Shown: one piece after another, positions 50,187 through 61,417 of the stretch
Layout of the letters: each line of letters begins with the position of its first letter
How positions within the stretch are numbered: position 1 is the stretch's first letter
Source of the DNA: an uncultured Bacilli bacterium
GTDB lineage: Bacteria > Bacillota_I > Bacilli_A > RF39 > UBA660
NCBI GenBank assembly: GCA_947632395.1
Contig: CANRPA010000001.1
Location: 23,922 to 87,921 of the forward strand
Length of the DNA: 64,000 bases
Direction of reading: 5' to 3'
Notes under the pieces: model-generated
Seen by the model: the letters and a program-made list of their open reading frames with translations, nothing else
Told to the model about the DNA's origin: nothing
The model's database searches: none
Position numbers and translations under genes: made by a program

Positions 50187-51119
50187 ATGAATAAACGTGG
50201 TTTTACACTTGTAGAACTTTTAGGGGTAATTGTTATTTTAATAATTGTAATCGCTTTAGCATACCCTAGCGTAATATTAGTAATAGATTCTGGTAAAGAG
50301 ACAAGTGAACAACAACAAATAAATGATATACTTATGAGTGCTTATGATTATTCAATAAAAAATACTGAATATTTACCTGATAAAGATGATACAACTTACA
50401 TAACTTTATCACAATTAAAAAATGATGGTTTACTAAAAATAAGTATAATTAATCCAATATCAGAAGAGGAATATTTTGATGATTTAGTTATAAGTATAAA
50501 AAATATTGGATCTGAATATGCTGAAAAAAGTAAATATTCAAAAAAAACAGGTGATTATTTATATACTTTAGAAATAGAAAAAACACAAGAGCAAGATTAC
50601 ATAATAAAAAAACCTACCATAGAACTTATAGGTCTTGATTCTAACTCAAATGATAATTATGTATCTACTATAGATGTAAATACAGATTATGAGGAAGCTA
50701 GATATAAAGCAACTGATAAAAATGGTAAAGATTTAACTGATAAAGTAATAATTAATATACTTTATGATGGTAAAGCAGTAAAAGATATTGATACTACGAA
50801 GGCAGGAATATATTATGTAAATTATACAGTAGTAGATGATGAAGGTTATGCTTCAATGGTCACAAGAAGTATTATCATAACAGATGATATGGAACCAGTT
50901 TTAACTGTTCCAACTTCAACAACAATAAGCATAAATGATAGCTCATTTAATTTACTAGATAAATCAGAAGTTAAATGTTCAGATAATAGTGGTAAATGTG
51001 ATATTACATATACAGGTGAAATAAAATTTGGAACTGCTGGCAAATATGTAATAGTATATACAGCAAAAGATCCAAGTGGTAATACTACCAAAGCAGAAAG
51101 AGTAATAACAGTTCAGTAA
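50187..51119 (+). CDS. type IV pilin-like protein (prepilin-type N-terminal cleavage/methylation domain) with two C-terminal DUF5011-like Ig domains
   Basis: MNKRGFTLVELLGVIVILIIVIALAYPS is a canonical class-III signal peptide (G|FTLVE). The tail contains two repeats of D..P.I......V..G..Y....A.D..G.DLT....G.Y...Y...D..GN. Confidence 0.7.
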   Translation: MNKRGFTLVELLGVIVILIIVIALAYPSVILVIDSGKETSEQQQINDILMSAYDYSIKNTEYLPDKDDTTYITLSQLKNDGLLKISIINPISEEEYFDDLVISIKNIGSEYAEKSKYSKKTGDYLYTLEIEKTQEQDYIIKKPTIELIGLDSNSNDNYVSTIDVNTDYEEARYKATDKNGKDLTDKVIINILYDGKAVKDIDTTKAGIYYVNYTVVDDEGYASMVTRSIIITDDMEPVLTVPTSTTISINDSSFNLLDKSEVKCSDNSGKCDITYTGEIKFGTAGKYVIVYTAKDPSGNTTKAERVITVQ

Positions 51120-51263
51120 TTACTCTTTTTATTTTTTAAAATTTAAAATAATATAAATTTTCTAAAGAATAAAAGGAAATTATAATGAAATTAAGTAAAA
51201 ATATATATGATTTTAAATATAATATATTTTTTATATAAAATAAGTGATTTTCATTTGTTTTCT

Positions 51264-51296
51264 TTGACTTTATTTTTCAAAATATGCTATAATGTG
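51264..51296 (+). promoter_or_regulatory. sigma-A promoter TTGACT-N18-TGcTATAAT upstream of parE
   Basis: Read directly from the sequence. Confidence 0.45.
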
Positions 51297-51310
51297 GTAG
51301 GTGAATAGAT

Positions 51311-53221
51311 ATGGTAAAATATGATGAAAGCTCAATTAAAATATTAGAAGGTCTTGAAGCAGTTAGAAAAAGACCAGGAATGTATATTGGTTCAACTGAT
51401 AAAAGAGGACTTCATCATCTCGTTTGGGAAATCGTTGATAATGGAATAGATGAAGTTATTAATGGTTTTGGTAAAAAAATTAAAATAATATTACATAAAG
51501 ACCACAGTGTAAGCGTAGAAGATGAAGGACGTGGTGTTCCAGTTGGAATGCATTCATCAGGTAAAAGTACACCTGAAGTAATATATACAGTACTTCATGC
51601 AGGTGGTAAATTTGAAACTAGTGGATATACAGTATCTGGAGGTTTACATGGAGTAGGCGCAAGTGTAGTTAATGCCTTAAGTAAATGGATGGAAGTAACT
51701 ATAAAAAGGGATGGTTATGAATATTTTATTCGCTTTAAAAATGGTGGAGAAGTAGACATTCCACTTACAAAAAGAGATAAAACTAGTAAAACAGGTACTA
51801 AAGTTAGATTTATGCCAGATGACTCTATATTTTCAACAACTAATTTTTCATTTACTACTATATGTGAAAGAATGCAGGAAAGTGCTTTTTTACTTGAAGG
51901 TCTAACTATAGAAGTTACTGATGAAGAGGACAATAAACATGAAACTTTTTGTTATGAAAATGGACTTAAAGCATTTGTAGAGTATATTAATGAAGATCAA
52001 AATGAATTACACAAAGCAATGGTATTATCAGGAATTAAGGAAAAAATAGATGTTAAAGTAGCATTTCAATATACTGAAAGTTATTCAGAAAATATAATTT
52101 CTTTTGTAAATAACGTTAAAACCATTGATGGAGGAACACATGAGGTTGGATTTAAGACTGCAATTACAAGAGTATTTAATGAATATGCAAGAAATAATGG
52201 TTATCTAAAAGCAAAAGATAAAAATTTAGAGGGACCAGATACAAGAGAAGGTCTTACTGCAGTAATAAGTTTAAAAATACCAGAAGAATTATTACAATTT
52301 GAAGGTCAAACTAAGGGAAAACTCGGCACACCAATTGCTCGTACTGTTGTAGATAGTATAGTATCAGAAAAATTAGCTTTTTTCCTTGAAGAAAACAAAG
52401 CAATTGCTACTTCAATAATAAATAAAATGTTAAAAAGTAGAAATGCGAGAGAAGCTGCACGTAAGGCACGTGATGAAGCTCGTAATGGTAAAAAGAAAGA
52501 TAAAGGAGAAAGAACTATAAGTGGTAAACTTACACCCGCACAAAGCAAAAATTCTAGTATTAATGAATTATTTCTTGTTGAGGGAGATTCTGCAGGTGGA
52601 AGTGCAAAAACTGGAAGAGATAGAAAATATCAAGCAATACTACCACTTAGAGGTAAAGTTTTAAATACTGAAAAATCATCTTTAGAAGAAGCGTATAAAA
52701 ACGAAGAAATTAATACTATGATATATGCTATAGGAGCTGGAGTTGGTTCTGATTTTAATATAAAGGACAGTAATTATGATAAAGTAATAATAATGACAGA
52801 TGCAGATGTAGATGGATCCCATATTCAAATATTACTTTTAACATTTTTCTATAGATATATGAAACCTTTAATAGAAGAAGGACACTTGTATATAGCTATG
52901 CCACCTTTATATAAAATAGAATGTGGTAAAGAAGGAGAGTATGCTTGGACTGAAGAAGACAGAAAAAATTTACTTGAAAAATATAAGGGAAAACAAACTA
53001 AAACACAAAGATATAAAGGTTTAGGAGAAATGGATGCTACACAACTTTGGGAAACCACAATGGATCCTAAAACTCGTAGTTTAATCAAAGTAAGTATAAA
53101 TGATGCAGCACTTGCTGAAAAACGTGTTAGGGTACTTATGGGTGATAAAGTAGAACCTAGAAAAGAATGGATAGAAGAAAACGTTGAATTCTCATTAGAG
53201 GATAACTATAAAATTAATTAG
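51311..53221 (+). CDS. parE: type II topoisomerase B subunit, probably topoisomerase IV ParE
   Basis: GHKL ATPase (LEGLEAVRKRPGMYIGST, HHLVWEIVDN) and a TOPRIM domain. I assigned ParE because the partner gene is ParC-like. Confidence 0.65.
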   Translation: MVKYDESSIKILEGLEAVRKRPGMYIGSTDKRGLHHLVWEIVDNGIDEVINGFGKKIKIILHKDHSVSVEDEGRGVPVGMHSSGKSTPEVIYTVLHAGGKFETSGYTVSGGLHGVGASVVNALSKWMEVTIKRDGYEYFIRFKNGGEVDIPLTKRDKTSKTGTKVRFMPDDSIFSTTNFSFTTICERMQESAFLLEGLTIEVTDEEDNKHETFCYENGLKAFVEYINEDQNELHKAMVLSGIKEKIDVKVAFQYTESYSENIISFVNNVKTIDGGTHEVGFKTAITRVFNEYARNNGYLKAKDKNLEGPDTREGLTAVISLKIPEELLQFEGQTKGKLGTPIARTVVDSIVSEKLAFFLEENKAIATSIINKMLKSRNAREAARKARDEARNGKKKDKGERTISGKLTPAQSKNSSINELFLVEGDSAGGSAKTGRDRKYQAILPLRGKVLNTEKSSLEEAYKNEEINTMIYAIGAGVGSDFNIKDSNYDKVIIMTDADVDGSHIQILLLTFFYRYMKPLIEEGHLYIAMPPLYKIECGKEGEYAWTEEDRKNLLEKYKGKQTKTQRYKGLGEMDATQLWETTMDPKTRSLIKVSINDAALAEKRVRVLMGDKVEPRKEWIEENVEFSLEDNYKIN

Positions 53222-53230
53222 GAGTAAAGT

Positions 53231-55774
53231 ATGAAAAAAAATAATGAAACAGTAGAAGTATTAGGACGAATTTATGATTACACTCTTGAAGAAATTATGG
53301 GTGAAAGATTTGTAGAATATGCTAAAGATATAATTCAAAATCGTGCTATACCAGATGTTAGAGATGGTCTAAAGCCTGTCCAAAGAAGAATTCTATATGC
53401 TATGTTTAGAGATAAAAATACTTATGATAAAGCACATAAAAAAAGTGCTACTGCTGTTGGAAATGTAATGGGACATTACCACCCACATGGAGACTCTTCA
53501 ATATATGAGGCTATGGTTCATATGAGTCAATGGTGGAAGCAGAATGAGTGTTATATAGATATGCATGGTAATAATGGTTCTATGGATGGTGATGGACCTG
53601 CTGCTATGCGTTATACAGAAGCACGTTTATCTAAAATAAGTGGTGAATTACTAAAAGATATAGATAAAGATACAATAGAGTGGGCACCAAACTTTGATGA
53701 CACGTTATATGAACCAATAGTTTTACCTGCAAAATATCCAAATTTACTTGTAAATGGTGCTAAAGGAATATCTGCTGGATATGCAACTGAAATCCCACCA
53801 CATAATCTTGGTGAAGTAATTGATGCAACAATCAAGAGAATTGATAGCCCAAATTGTAGAATAGAAACAATTTTAGAAATAATAAAAGGTCCTGATTTTC
53901 CAACAGGAGCTATAGTTGAAGGTAAAAAAGAAATTATCGAAGCATTAACTAATGGTAGAGGAAGAGTAATAATTCGTTCTAAATATGAAATAATTGAAGA
54001 CAAAAAAAATAAACAAGTAATTATTCATGAAATACCTTTTGAAGTTAATAAGGCTTTATTAGTAAAAAAAATATCTGATATAATCTATGATAAGAAAATA
54101 GATGGTATGATAGAAGTAAGAGATGAATCAGATAGAGAAGAAAAAGTTAGAATTGCTATAGATCTTAAAAAAGATGCAGATGTAGATAATATATTAAATT
54201 ATTTATTTAAAAATACAGAACTTCAAATAAGTTATTCATATAATATGGTAGCTATTGTAAATAGAAGACCAATGATAGTGGGAATTATAGAAATAATTGA
54301 TGCATATATTGCTCATCAAAAAGAAGTGATAACAAGACGTACTAAATTTGATTTAGAGCACGCAAAAGCACGTATGCATATCGTTGAAGGCCTTATAAAA
54401 GCACTCGATATTTTAGATGAAGTAATACATACAATAAGATCTAGTAAAAATAAAAGTGATGCTATAAAAAATTTAGTTGAACAATATAAATTTAGTGAAC
54501 TTCAGGCAGATGCAATAGTTAATTTACAACTTTACAGATTAACTAATACTGATGTTGGAGTCTTAAAAGAAGAACAAGCTAACTTGTTTAAAGCAATAGA
54601 AATTCTTGAAGTAATACTTAAAGATGAAGAAAAATTAAAAGGAGTTATGAAAGCAGAACTTAGAAGCATAAAAAATGAGTATGCTACTCCTCGTAAAACT
54701 GAAATAAGAGACGAAATAACTGAAATAAAAATTGATACGACAGCTATGATACCTAAAGAAGATTGTATAGTTGTAGTTACTCGTGATGGTTATGTAAAAA
54801 GAGTATCAAAGAGAAGTTATGCTGCAACTGAAGATAAAACAGGATTAAAAGATCAAGATTATATTATTGGAATGTATGAAGTAAATACCATGAACACAAT
54901 TTTAATGTTTACTGATATTGGTAATTATTTATTTGTTCCAGTATATGAAATACCTGATATGAAATGGAAAGACTTAGGTAAACATATAAGTAACATAATT
55001 AAAATAAATCCAGAAGAAAATATTATTGCTTCAATTGCTGTAACTGATTTTAATACAGATAAATATATTACTGTATTTACTAAAAATGGTATGATTAAAA
55101 GAACTTTAATTAGTGATTTAAAAGCAAGTCGTTATACAAAACCAATGCCATATATAAAACTAAAAGATGGAGATACAGTTAGTAATATAGTTTACAAAAA
55201 AGGTACAGATGTATTCATTACAACACACAATGGTTTTGCTTTAAGATTTGATATAAATGAAGTACCAATTCTTGGAAGTAGAGCAGGTGGAGTTAAAGGT
55301 ATAAGCCTTAAAAATGATGTTGTAGTAAGTGGTAATGTAATAGAATCTGATGAATTTATATCAATAATTACATGTAAAAATACGGGAAAAAGGGTAAAAC
55401 TTTCTGAATTTGAAAGAATATCAAGAGCACGCAAAGGTATACAAATAATAAGAGATGTTAAAACTAATCCATATTACATATTAAAATCATTTGTAACTAA
55501 TTCTAAAAATAATATAGGATTGAAATTTAAAGAAGATATAGAATTAATTAAATTAACTGAACTTCCAATATTAGATAGATATTCAACAGGATCAAGTCTT
55601 TCTAAACATAATATAGTAGATGTATTTATAGAAAAAAAATTAGAAAATCCTAATAATGAAAAAATAGAAGAAGATCATGAAGAAATAAAAAAAGAAGATA
55701 TATCACTTGAAAATATAGATAATAGAATAATGACAATAGATGATTTTTTAGATGATATGGATATAGAAAAATAA
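53231..55774 (+). CDS. parC: type II topoisomerase A subunit, probably topoisomerase IV ParC
   Basis: QRDR HPHGDSSIYEAMVHMSQ.W....MHGNNGSMDGD.PAAMRYTEARLS matches the Firmicutes ParC pattern (HGNNGS) rather than GyrA (GHGNFGS). 847 aa with an acidic tail. Confidence 0.65.
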   Translation: MKKNNETVEVLGRIYDYTLEEIMGERFVEYAKDIIQNRAIPDVRDGLKPVQRRILYAMFRDKNTYDKAHKKSATAVGNVMGHYHPHGDSSIYEAMVHMSQWWKQNECYIDMHGNNGSMDGDGPAAMRYTEARLSKISGELLKDIDKDTIEWAPNFDDTLYEPIVLPAKYPNLLVNGAKGISAGYATEIPPHNLGEVIDATIKRIDSPNCRIETILEIIKGPDFPTGAIVEGKKEIIEALTNGRGRVIIRSKYEIIEDKKNKQVIIHEIPFEVNKALLVKKISDIIYDKKIDGMIEVRDESDREEKVRIAIDLKKDADVDNILNYLFKNTELQISYSYNMVAIVNRRPMIVGIIEIIDAYIAHQKEVITRRTKFDLEHAKARMHIVEGLIKALDILDEVIHTIRSSKNKSDAIKNLVEQYKFSELQADAIVNLQLYRLTNTDVGVLKEEQANLFKAIEILEVILKDEEKLKGVMKAELRSIKNEYATPRKTEIRDEITEIKIDTTAMIPKEDCIVVVTRDGYVKRVSKRSYAATEDKTGLKDQDYIIGMYEVNTMNTILMFTDIGNYLFVPVYEIPDMKWKDLGKHISNIIKINPEENIIASIAVTDFNTDKYITVFTKNGMIKRTLISDLKASRYTKPMPYIKLKDGDTVSNIVYKKGTDVFITTHNGFALRFDINEVPILGSRAGGVKGISLKNDVVVSGNVIESDEFISIITCKNTGKRVKLSEFERISRARKGIQIIRDVKTNPYYILKSFVTNSKNNIGLKFKEDIELIKLTELPILDRYSTGSSLSKHNIVDVFIEKKLENPNNEKIEEDHEEIKKEDISLENIDNRIMTIDDFLDDMDIEK

Positions 55775-55786
55775 AGTACGAAGAAA

Positions 55787-55810
55787 TTCGTATTTTATTT
55801 ATTATAAAAA
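55787..55810. terminator. terminator between the convergent parC and 55817-56353 genes
   Basis: TACGAA-GAAA-TTCGTA followed by a T-run. Confidence 0.45.
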
Positions 55811-55816
55811 ATATTA

Positions 55817-56353
55817 TTAAACATTATAATTGTTAATTCCGTATTTTTCTTCTTCAGTATCAAAAAATAAATAATTTTTTATTGGGTTAAATGTTAAATA
55901 TCCTAGAACAATATAAGAAACAATAATTAAAACTAAAGATATAATATTTCCTTTATCGCATGGCTTACTTTTCAAAATGTAATAACTAATTATTTGACTG
56001 ATAATAATTGAAATTAACATAACACCTATATTTAAAAACATTTTAGGACCTATTTTATGATAAAATGGTAAATAAATAATTAAGAATATAGGTATAATAG
56101 TAAATGCTGAAATAAATAGTGATACAAAGAAATTATTATATTTTATTTTTAACTTATTTAAAATTATGTAATCAATTATTCCATAAAATATAACACTCGT
56201 AAAAATTAATTTCATATGTTCCCAAATAGATTCATTTACTGGAAAAAATATAGATGTTATTTTACTAGGTATTAATTCATATACAAAGTGAAATAAAAAA
56301 CATAATATGAATATTCCTATAACACTTATAATTTTATCTTTTTTTAAACTCAT
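55817..56353 (-). CDS. polytopic membrane protein (hypothetical)
   Basis: 178 aa with about 5 TM helices. Confidence 0.4.
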   Translation of the reverse strand: MSLKKDKIISVIGIFILCFLFHFVYELIPSKITSIFFPVNESIWEHMKLIFTSVIFYGIIDYIILNKLKIKYNNFFVSLFISAFTIIPIFLIIYLPFYHKIGPKMFLNIGVMLISIIISQIISYYILKSKPCDKGNIISLVLIIVSYIVLGYLTFNPIKNYLFFDTEEEKYGINNYNV

Positions 56354-56392
56354 AAAAAACTCCTTTCTATAAATACTAATAATGGTGATAAT

Positions 56393-57322
56393 ATGAAAAT
56401 AAGACTTGGCTATGCATGCATTCCAATTACAATAGATGAAACATCCTCACATACTTTAACATATACAAATTATAAAAAATTAGGAAAACTTGCTAATGAA
56501 AAATTGGATAAAGTAATAAAAAGTAATTTTGATTCATTAGAGAAAATATTAAAATACAATATAAGAAATGATATAAAATTTTTTAGAATGACTTCAGAGT
56601 TATTACCACTCTTTAATCATCCAAATGTTCATTATGATTTTTATAATCAATATAAAGATTATTATAAAAAAATAGGTAACATAGTAAAAGAAAATAATAT
56701 TAGATTAGATATGCATCCTAGCGCTTATACTGTATTGAATAGTGTAAATCCAGATGTAGTAACATCTACAATTAATATACTCAAAAATTATCAAAAAATG
56801 TATGAGTATATGCAAATAGAATCTATTTTGGTATTACATGTAGGAAGCAAAGTTAATGGTAAAAAAGAGGGTATTAAAAGATTTATAGATAATTTCAATA
56901 AATTAGATGAAAAAACAAAGAACTTAATAGTAATAGAAAACGATGACAAAAGTTATAACATAACAAATGTTTTAAATTTATGTAAAAAAATAAATAGACC
57001 TATGGTTCTTGATTATCATCATTTTAAAGTAAATAAAAATAATGAAAAAATAGAAGACTATATAGAAAAAATATTTAATACTTGGGATAGTATTCCTAAA
57101 ATACATTTTTCTAGTCCAAAGAATAAAAAGGACAAAAGAAGTCATCACGATTATATTAATGTTGATGATTTTATAGATTTTATAGAAAAAATAAAATTTA
57201 TTAATAGAGATTTTGATATAATGATTGAAGCCAAGAAAAAAGATGAAGCATTATTTAAATTAATAAGAGAATTAAAATATAAAACTAATTATAAAATTAA
57301 AGGAACTACAATCATTTTATAA
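56393..57322 (+). CDS. uvsE: UV DNA damage endonuclease
   Basis: Strong UvsE family motifs IRLGY, LENDDKSY, DYHHF, IHFSSPK, RSHHDY and DIMIEAKKKDEAL. Confidence 0.85.
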   Translation: MKIRLGYACIPITIDETSSHTLTYTNYKKLGKLANEKLDKVIKSNFDSLEKILKYNIRNDIKFFRMTSELLPLFNHPNVHYDFYNQYKDYYKKIGNIVKENNIRLDMHPSAYTVLNSVNPDVVTSTINILKNYQKMYEYMQIESILVLHVGSKVNGKKEGIKRFIDNFNKLDEKTKNLIVIENDDKSYNITNVLNLCKKINRPMVLDYHHFKVNKNNEKIEDYIEKIFNTWDSIPKIHFSSPKNKKDKRSHHDYINVDDFIDFIEKIKFINRDFDIMIEAKKKDEALFKLIRELKYKTNYKIKGTTIIL

Positions 57323-57375
57323 AGTTAGTTAAAAGATAAAATGCAAGTTTTCATAAATATATATAAAATAAAGAT

Positions 57376-57402
57376 AAATGCAAGTTTTTCTTGCATTTTT
57401 TA
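57376..57402 (+). terminator. rho-independent terminator after uvsE
   Basis: ATGCAAG-TTTTT-CTTGCAT followed by TTTTTTTAT. Confidence 0.5.
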
Positions 57403-57449
57403 TATAAAAATGTATAATAAATAAATGAAAAAAAGGAAATTTAATTTTT

Positions 57450-59216
57450 TTGTCGTTTATTAATAGTAGAGGTGTTAGAATGTTAGATACAAATATAATA
57501 AAGGAAATTAGAAATAACCTTGATATAGTTGATGTAATATCTACATATGTTCAACTAACACCTAAGGGAAAAAATTATTTTGGAGTTTGTCCATTTCACG
57601 ATGATCATTCTCCAAGTATGAGTGTATCTCGTGAAAGACAAATATATACATGTTGGTCTTGTGGCGCTACAGGAAACGTATTTAAGTTTATACAAGATTT
57701 TGAAAATATATCTTTTCCTGAAGCACTAAAAAAATGTGCTGACATGGCAGGAATTAGTATACAAATTGGACAACCTAAAAAAATAAATAAAAATCAAGAT
57801 TTATATGATATATATTCACTTAGTCAAAAATTTTATCAAAATAATATAAATACTGAAAAAGGTAAAAAGGCAAAGGAATACTTACATAATAGAAACTTGG
57901 ATGATTCTACAATAAAAGAATTTGGCATAGGTTTATCATTGAATGAAAAAGATATGTTAACTAAATTATTAAAATCTAAAAATTACGATGATAAAACATT
58001 GATAAGAAGTGGTCTAGTAAACGAAAATGATTATGTATTAAATGATGTATATAGAAATAGAATTATGTTTCCATTATATGATTTAAATGGTAAAGTTATA
58101 GGATATAATGGTCGTGTATATAATGGAGAAAAAGAAAATAAATATGTAAATTCAAAAGAAACTGATATATTTAAAAAAAGAGAACTTCTTTATAATTATC
58201 ACCGTGCTAAAGAAGAATGCAGAATTAAAAAACAGGTCATAATAATGGAAGGACCTATGGACGTTATAAGAGCGTACACTGTAGGGGTAAAAAATTGTGT
58301 AGCCACACTTGGTACTGCATTTGGTAGTGAACAAGCCATGTTAGTTAGAAAACTTTCTACTGATGTAATTCTTTGTTTTGATGGTGATGAAGCAGGACTT
58401 AAAGCAACAAAGGGTGCAATAGTAGAACTTACTAAACTTGGAATAACACCAAAAATAGTAAGACTTGAAAATAATAATGATCCAGATGAATACATTATAA
58501 CTCATGGTGGAGATGAATTTAAAAGCAAAATTAATAATCCAATGAATATAATGGAATTTAAAGAATCATTATTGAAAAAAGAATTTGATTTAAATAATAC
58601 TGAAGAACTTGCAAAGTATATAAATGATATGATAAAGGAAATAAATAATATAGATGATGATATACTTAGAGAAGTTAGTATAAAAAAATTAAGTGAAGAA
58701 ACTAAAATTGATATAAATTTAATTAGAAGTAAAATATTAAAAAAAGAAAATAATAATACACAAATAGTAGTAAAAAAAGAAATAAACAAAACTAATAAAT
58801 ATGTAAAATCGGAAATTAATTTACTTTATTACATGTTACAAAGTACAGATGTAATAAAAATGTATGAGAAAAAAATTACGCATATGCCAACCGAAATTTA
58901 TAGGCATTTAGCATTTAAAATAGATTGTTTTTATAAAGAAAATGGTTTTATAGATATAGCAGATTTCATAACATATTTAAATGATGATGAAAAATCTCTT
59001 AAAGTATTAGGCGATATAACATCCCTTGAATTACCAAATAAAATTAATTATGATGAGATTGAAGATTATTTGAATAACATAAGAGAATATAATGAAAAAG
59101 AACAATTAAATATTTATAAAAACAAAATGAAAGAAGAAAAAGATTATAAGAAAAAAATAGAACTTGCCAATAAAGCAATTGAAATAAAAAGAAGGAGAGA
59201 AGAACATGATGGATGA
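57450..59216 (+). CDS. dnaG: DNA primase
   Basis: CHC2 zinc finger [13 protein letters not shown]...CWSCG and a TOPRIM domain. The likely start is ATG near 57480 (MLDTNII), which follows GAGGTG. Confidence 0.9.
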   Translation: MSFINSRGVRMLDTNIIKEIRNNLDIVDVISTYVQLTPKGKNYFGVCPFHDDHSPSMSVSRERQIYTCWSCGATGNVFKFIQDFENISFPEALKKCADMAGISIQIGQPKKINKNQDLYDIYSLSQKFYQNNINTEKGKKAKEYLHNRNLDDSTIKEFGIGLSLNEKDMLTKLLKSKNYDDKTLIRSGLVNENDYVLNDVYRNRIMFPLYDLNGKVIGYNGRVYNGEKENKYVNSKETDIFKKRELLYNYHRAKEECRIKKQVIIMEGPMDVIRAYTVGVKNCVATLGTAFGSEQAMLVRKLSTDVILCFDGDEAGLKATKGAIVELTKLGITPKIVRLENNNDPDEYIITHGGDEFKSKINNPMNIMEFKESLLKKEFDLNNTEELAKYINDMIKEINNIDDDILREVSIKKLSEETKIDINLIRSKILKKENNNTQIVVKKEINKTNKYVKSEINLLYYMLQSTDVIKMYEKKITHMPTEIYRHLAFKIDCFYKENGFIDIADFITYLNDDEKSLKVLGDITSLELPNKINYDEIEDYLNNIREYNEKEQLNIYKNKMKEEKDYKKKIELANKAIEIKRRREEHDG

Positions 59217-60288
59217 GATAAAAACTTTTGAAGAAAGGAAAAATGAATTAGTAAAAAAAGGAAAAGAAAAAGGATTTATTACATATGAAGAACTTGCTAA
59301 TTCATTAAAAGGATTAGATTTAGATGCAGATAGTCTAGATGAATTATATAATGCATTTAATGAAAATAATATAGCTGTTATATCAGAAAATGACGATGAT
59401 AGTGATTCATCACCAGAAAAGATTTTACTTGATGATAACACACTTACTAAAGATTTAACAATTAATGATCCAGTTAGAATGTATTTAAAGGAAATAGGAC
59501 AAATAAAACTTTTAACTCTTGAAGAAGAAGGTGAACTTGCTGATAGAATAATGGAAGGGGATGAATCTGCAAAAAATACTTTAGCAGAGGCTAACCTCCG
59601 TTTAGTAGTAAGTATAGCAAAAAGATATGTTGGACGTGGTATGCTATTTCTTGATTTAATACAAGAGGGTAATATAGGTCTTATGAAGGCAGTAGATAAA
59701 TTTGATGTAAGTAAAGGATATAAATTTTCAACATATGCAACTTGGTGGATTAGACAAGCTATAACTCGTGCAATAGCTGACCAAGCTCGTACAATCCGTG
59801 TTCCAGTACATATGGTAGAAACAATAAATAAACTAGCCCGTGTTCAAAGACAACTTACTCTAGAACTTAATCGTGAACCAAGTGAAGAGGAACTTGCTAA
59901 AAAAATGGGTACAACTGTTGAAAAAGTTCGTGAAATATATAAAATAAGTCAAGATCCTGTAAGTTTAGAAACTCCAATAGGTGAAGAAGATGATTCACAT
60001 TTAGGCGATTTTATTAAAGATGAAAATAATTTAAGTCCAGAAGAGTATGCTACTAATGAAATGTTAAAGGATGAAATAAGTCAAGTACTTGAAACTTTAA
60101 CAGAAAGAGAAGAAAATGTAATAAGACTTAGATTTGGCCTTGAAGATGGTAAACCAAGAACACTTGAAGAGGTAGGTCAAATGTTTGGAGTAACAAGAGA
60201 AAGAATTAGACAAATAGAAGCAAAAGCACTTCGTAAATTAAGACATCCTTCTCGTTCTCGTAAACTCCGCGATTATATGGGTAATTAA
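59206..60288 (+). CDS. sigA: primary sigma factor SigA/RpoD
   Basis: Regions 1.2, 2, 3 and 4 ([62 protein letters not shown]). Confidence 0.95.
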   Translation: MMDEIKTFEERKNELVKKGKEKGFITYEELANSLKGLDLDADSLDELYNAFNENNIAVISENDDDSDSSPEKILLDDNTLTKDLTINDPVRMYLKEIGQIKLLTLEEEGELADRIMEGDESAKNTLAEANLRLVVSIAKRYVGRGMLFLDLIQEGNIGLMKAVDKFDVSKGYKFSTYATWWIRQAITRAIADQARTIRVPVHMVETINKLARVQRQLTLELNREPSEEELAKKMGTTVEKVREIYKISQDPVSLETPIGEEDDSHLGDFIKDENNLSPEEYATNEMLKDEISQVLETLTEREENVIRLRFGLEDGKPRTLEEVGQMFGVTRERIRQIEAKALRKLRHPSRSRKLRDYMGN

Positions 60289-60923
60289 TGATTTTATCAA
60301 AGAGACTTGAGGTAGTAGCAACCCTAGTGGATGTTGGTAGTAGGGTAATAGATGTTGGTTGTGATCATGCTTATTTAGATATCTATTTAACCAAAAACAA
60401 TAATAACAAATGTATAGCAACTGATATAAATAAAAATGCTTTAGAAAATGCTATTAAAAATATAAAAAAATATAGACTAAGTAAAAAAATAGAAACTAAA
60501 CTCACAATAGGACTTTCAAATATAGACGTAAAAAAAGATGATAATATAGTAATATGTGGTCTTGGTACACATACTATTATAGAAATATTACAATCAAATA
60601 TTTTAAGTGATACTTTAATAATTTCATCAAATAATGATATAGAAAAACTAAGAAGAGAAGTAGTATCCATGGGATATTATATAGACAGTGAAATTTTCTT
60701 ATTTGATAAAAATGTGCCTTATATAATAATAAAATTTAAAAAAGGTCAAAAAAAATATAAAAATATAGATTATACTTTTGGACCAATATTAAAGCACAAT
60801 GTAGAATATAGAAATTATATTAATAATAAATATAAAAAAATAATTAAATCTGTATCTATTAAGAAAGTAAATATAAGATTAAAATATAGAATATTGTTAC
60901 TAAAATTAAAATTATGTCATTAA
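60288..60923 (+). CDS. trmK: tRNA (adenine22-N1)-methyltransferase TrmK (YqfN)
   Basis: LSKRLEVVATLVDVGSRVIDVGCDHAYLDIYL matches the TrmK N-terminus, in the conserved dnaG-sigA-yqfN order. Confidence 0.8.
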   Translation: MILSKRLEVVATLVDVGSRVIDVGCDHAYLDIYLTKNNNNKCIATDINKNALENAIKNIKKYRLSKKIETKLTIGLSNIDVKKDDNIVICGLGTHTIIEILQSNILSDTLIISSNNDIEKLRREVVSMGYYIDSEIFLFDKNVPYIIIKFKKGQKKYKNIDYTFGPILKHNVEYRNYINNKYKKIIKSVSIKKVNIRLKYRILLLKLKLCH

Positions 60924-60952
60924 AAAAAGGTAGATTAAATCTACCTTTTTAT
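60922..60952. terminator. bidirectional terminator
   Basis: GGTAGAT-TAA-ATCTACC flanked by an A-run and a T-run. Confidence 0.5.
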
Positions 60953-61299
60953 TGAAAAAATGTAGGGCCACTATTTTGTATAGTATCTATATTAGTATTT
61001 TCATTGTTTATAACATTGCTAGAATTTAAGTTTTTATTGTTATTTTCTTTTTTTACTGGTTGAACTCTTTTAAATTCACTCATAACTTTGAACATTGTTT
61101 TGGCATTACCAACTATTGGTTTTACTTGTTTTACAAGTGGTATTGCTTGATTTGCAATATTTAAAACCTTTTGCGTTCCATCAACTATACCACCAAAAGT
61201 AAGACCTGTTCCTCCAAATAATCTTTTAAATAATCCGAGTCTAGGAGTTGCTGCAGTAGCACTTGGTAATGCGTAAAAATATGGATTATAGTAATTCAT
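60949..61299 (-). CDS. Gly/Asn-rich small protein (hypothetical, possibly YqfQ-like)
   Basis: 116 aa, with an RBS GGAGGATATCATG on the minus strand. No recognisable domain. Confidence 0.35.
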   Translation of the reverse strand: MNYYNPYFYALPSATAATPRLGLFKRLFGGTGLTFGGIVDGTQKVLNIANQAIPLVKQVKPIVGNAKTMFKVMSEFKRVQPVKKENNNKNLNSSNVINNENTNIDTIQNSGPTFFQ

Positions 61300-61417
61300 G
61301 ATATCCTCCTATATAATATTTCTAAATTATTATATGAAATTTATAAAAAAAGTTTTACAAATTGTAAAAATATGGTATAATTAATTTATAGAATAAAGGA
61401 ATGGTAGGTGTGTATGC

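Noticed and set aside
51711-53088. Minus-strand ORFs inside parE
   Set aside because: They are antisense shadows within a conserved topoisomerase gene.
51311-55774. Calling the topoisomerase pair gyrB/gyrA
   Set aside because: The QRDR motif is ParC-like and the locus is not adjacent to oriC-type genes. I kept parE/parC at moderate confidence.
57333-57392. Imperfect direct repeat AAAGATAAA(A)TGCAAGTTTT appearing twice upstream of dnaG
   Set aside because: The second copy is simply the 5' half of the uvsE terminator hairpin. I saw no evidence of an independent function.
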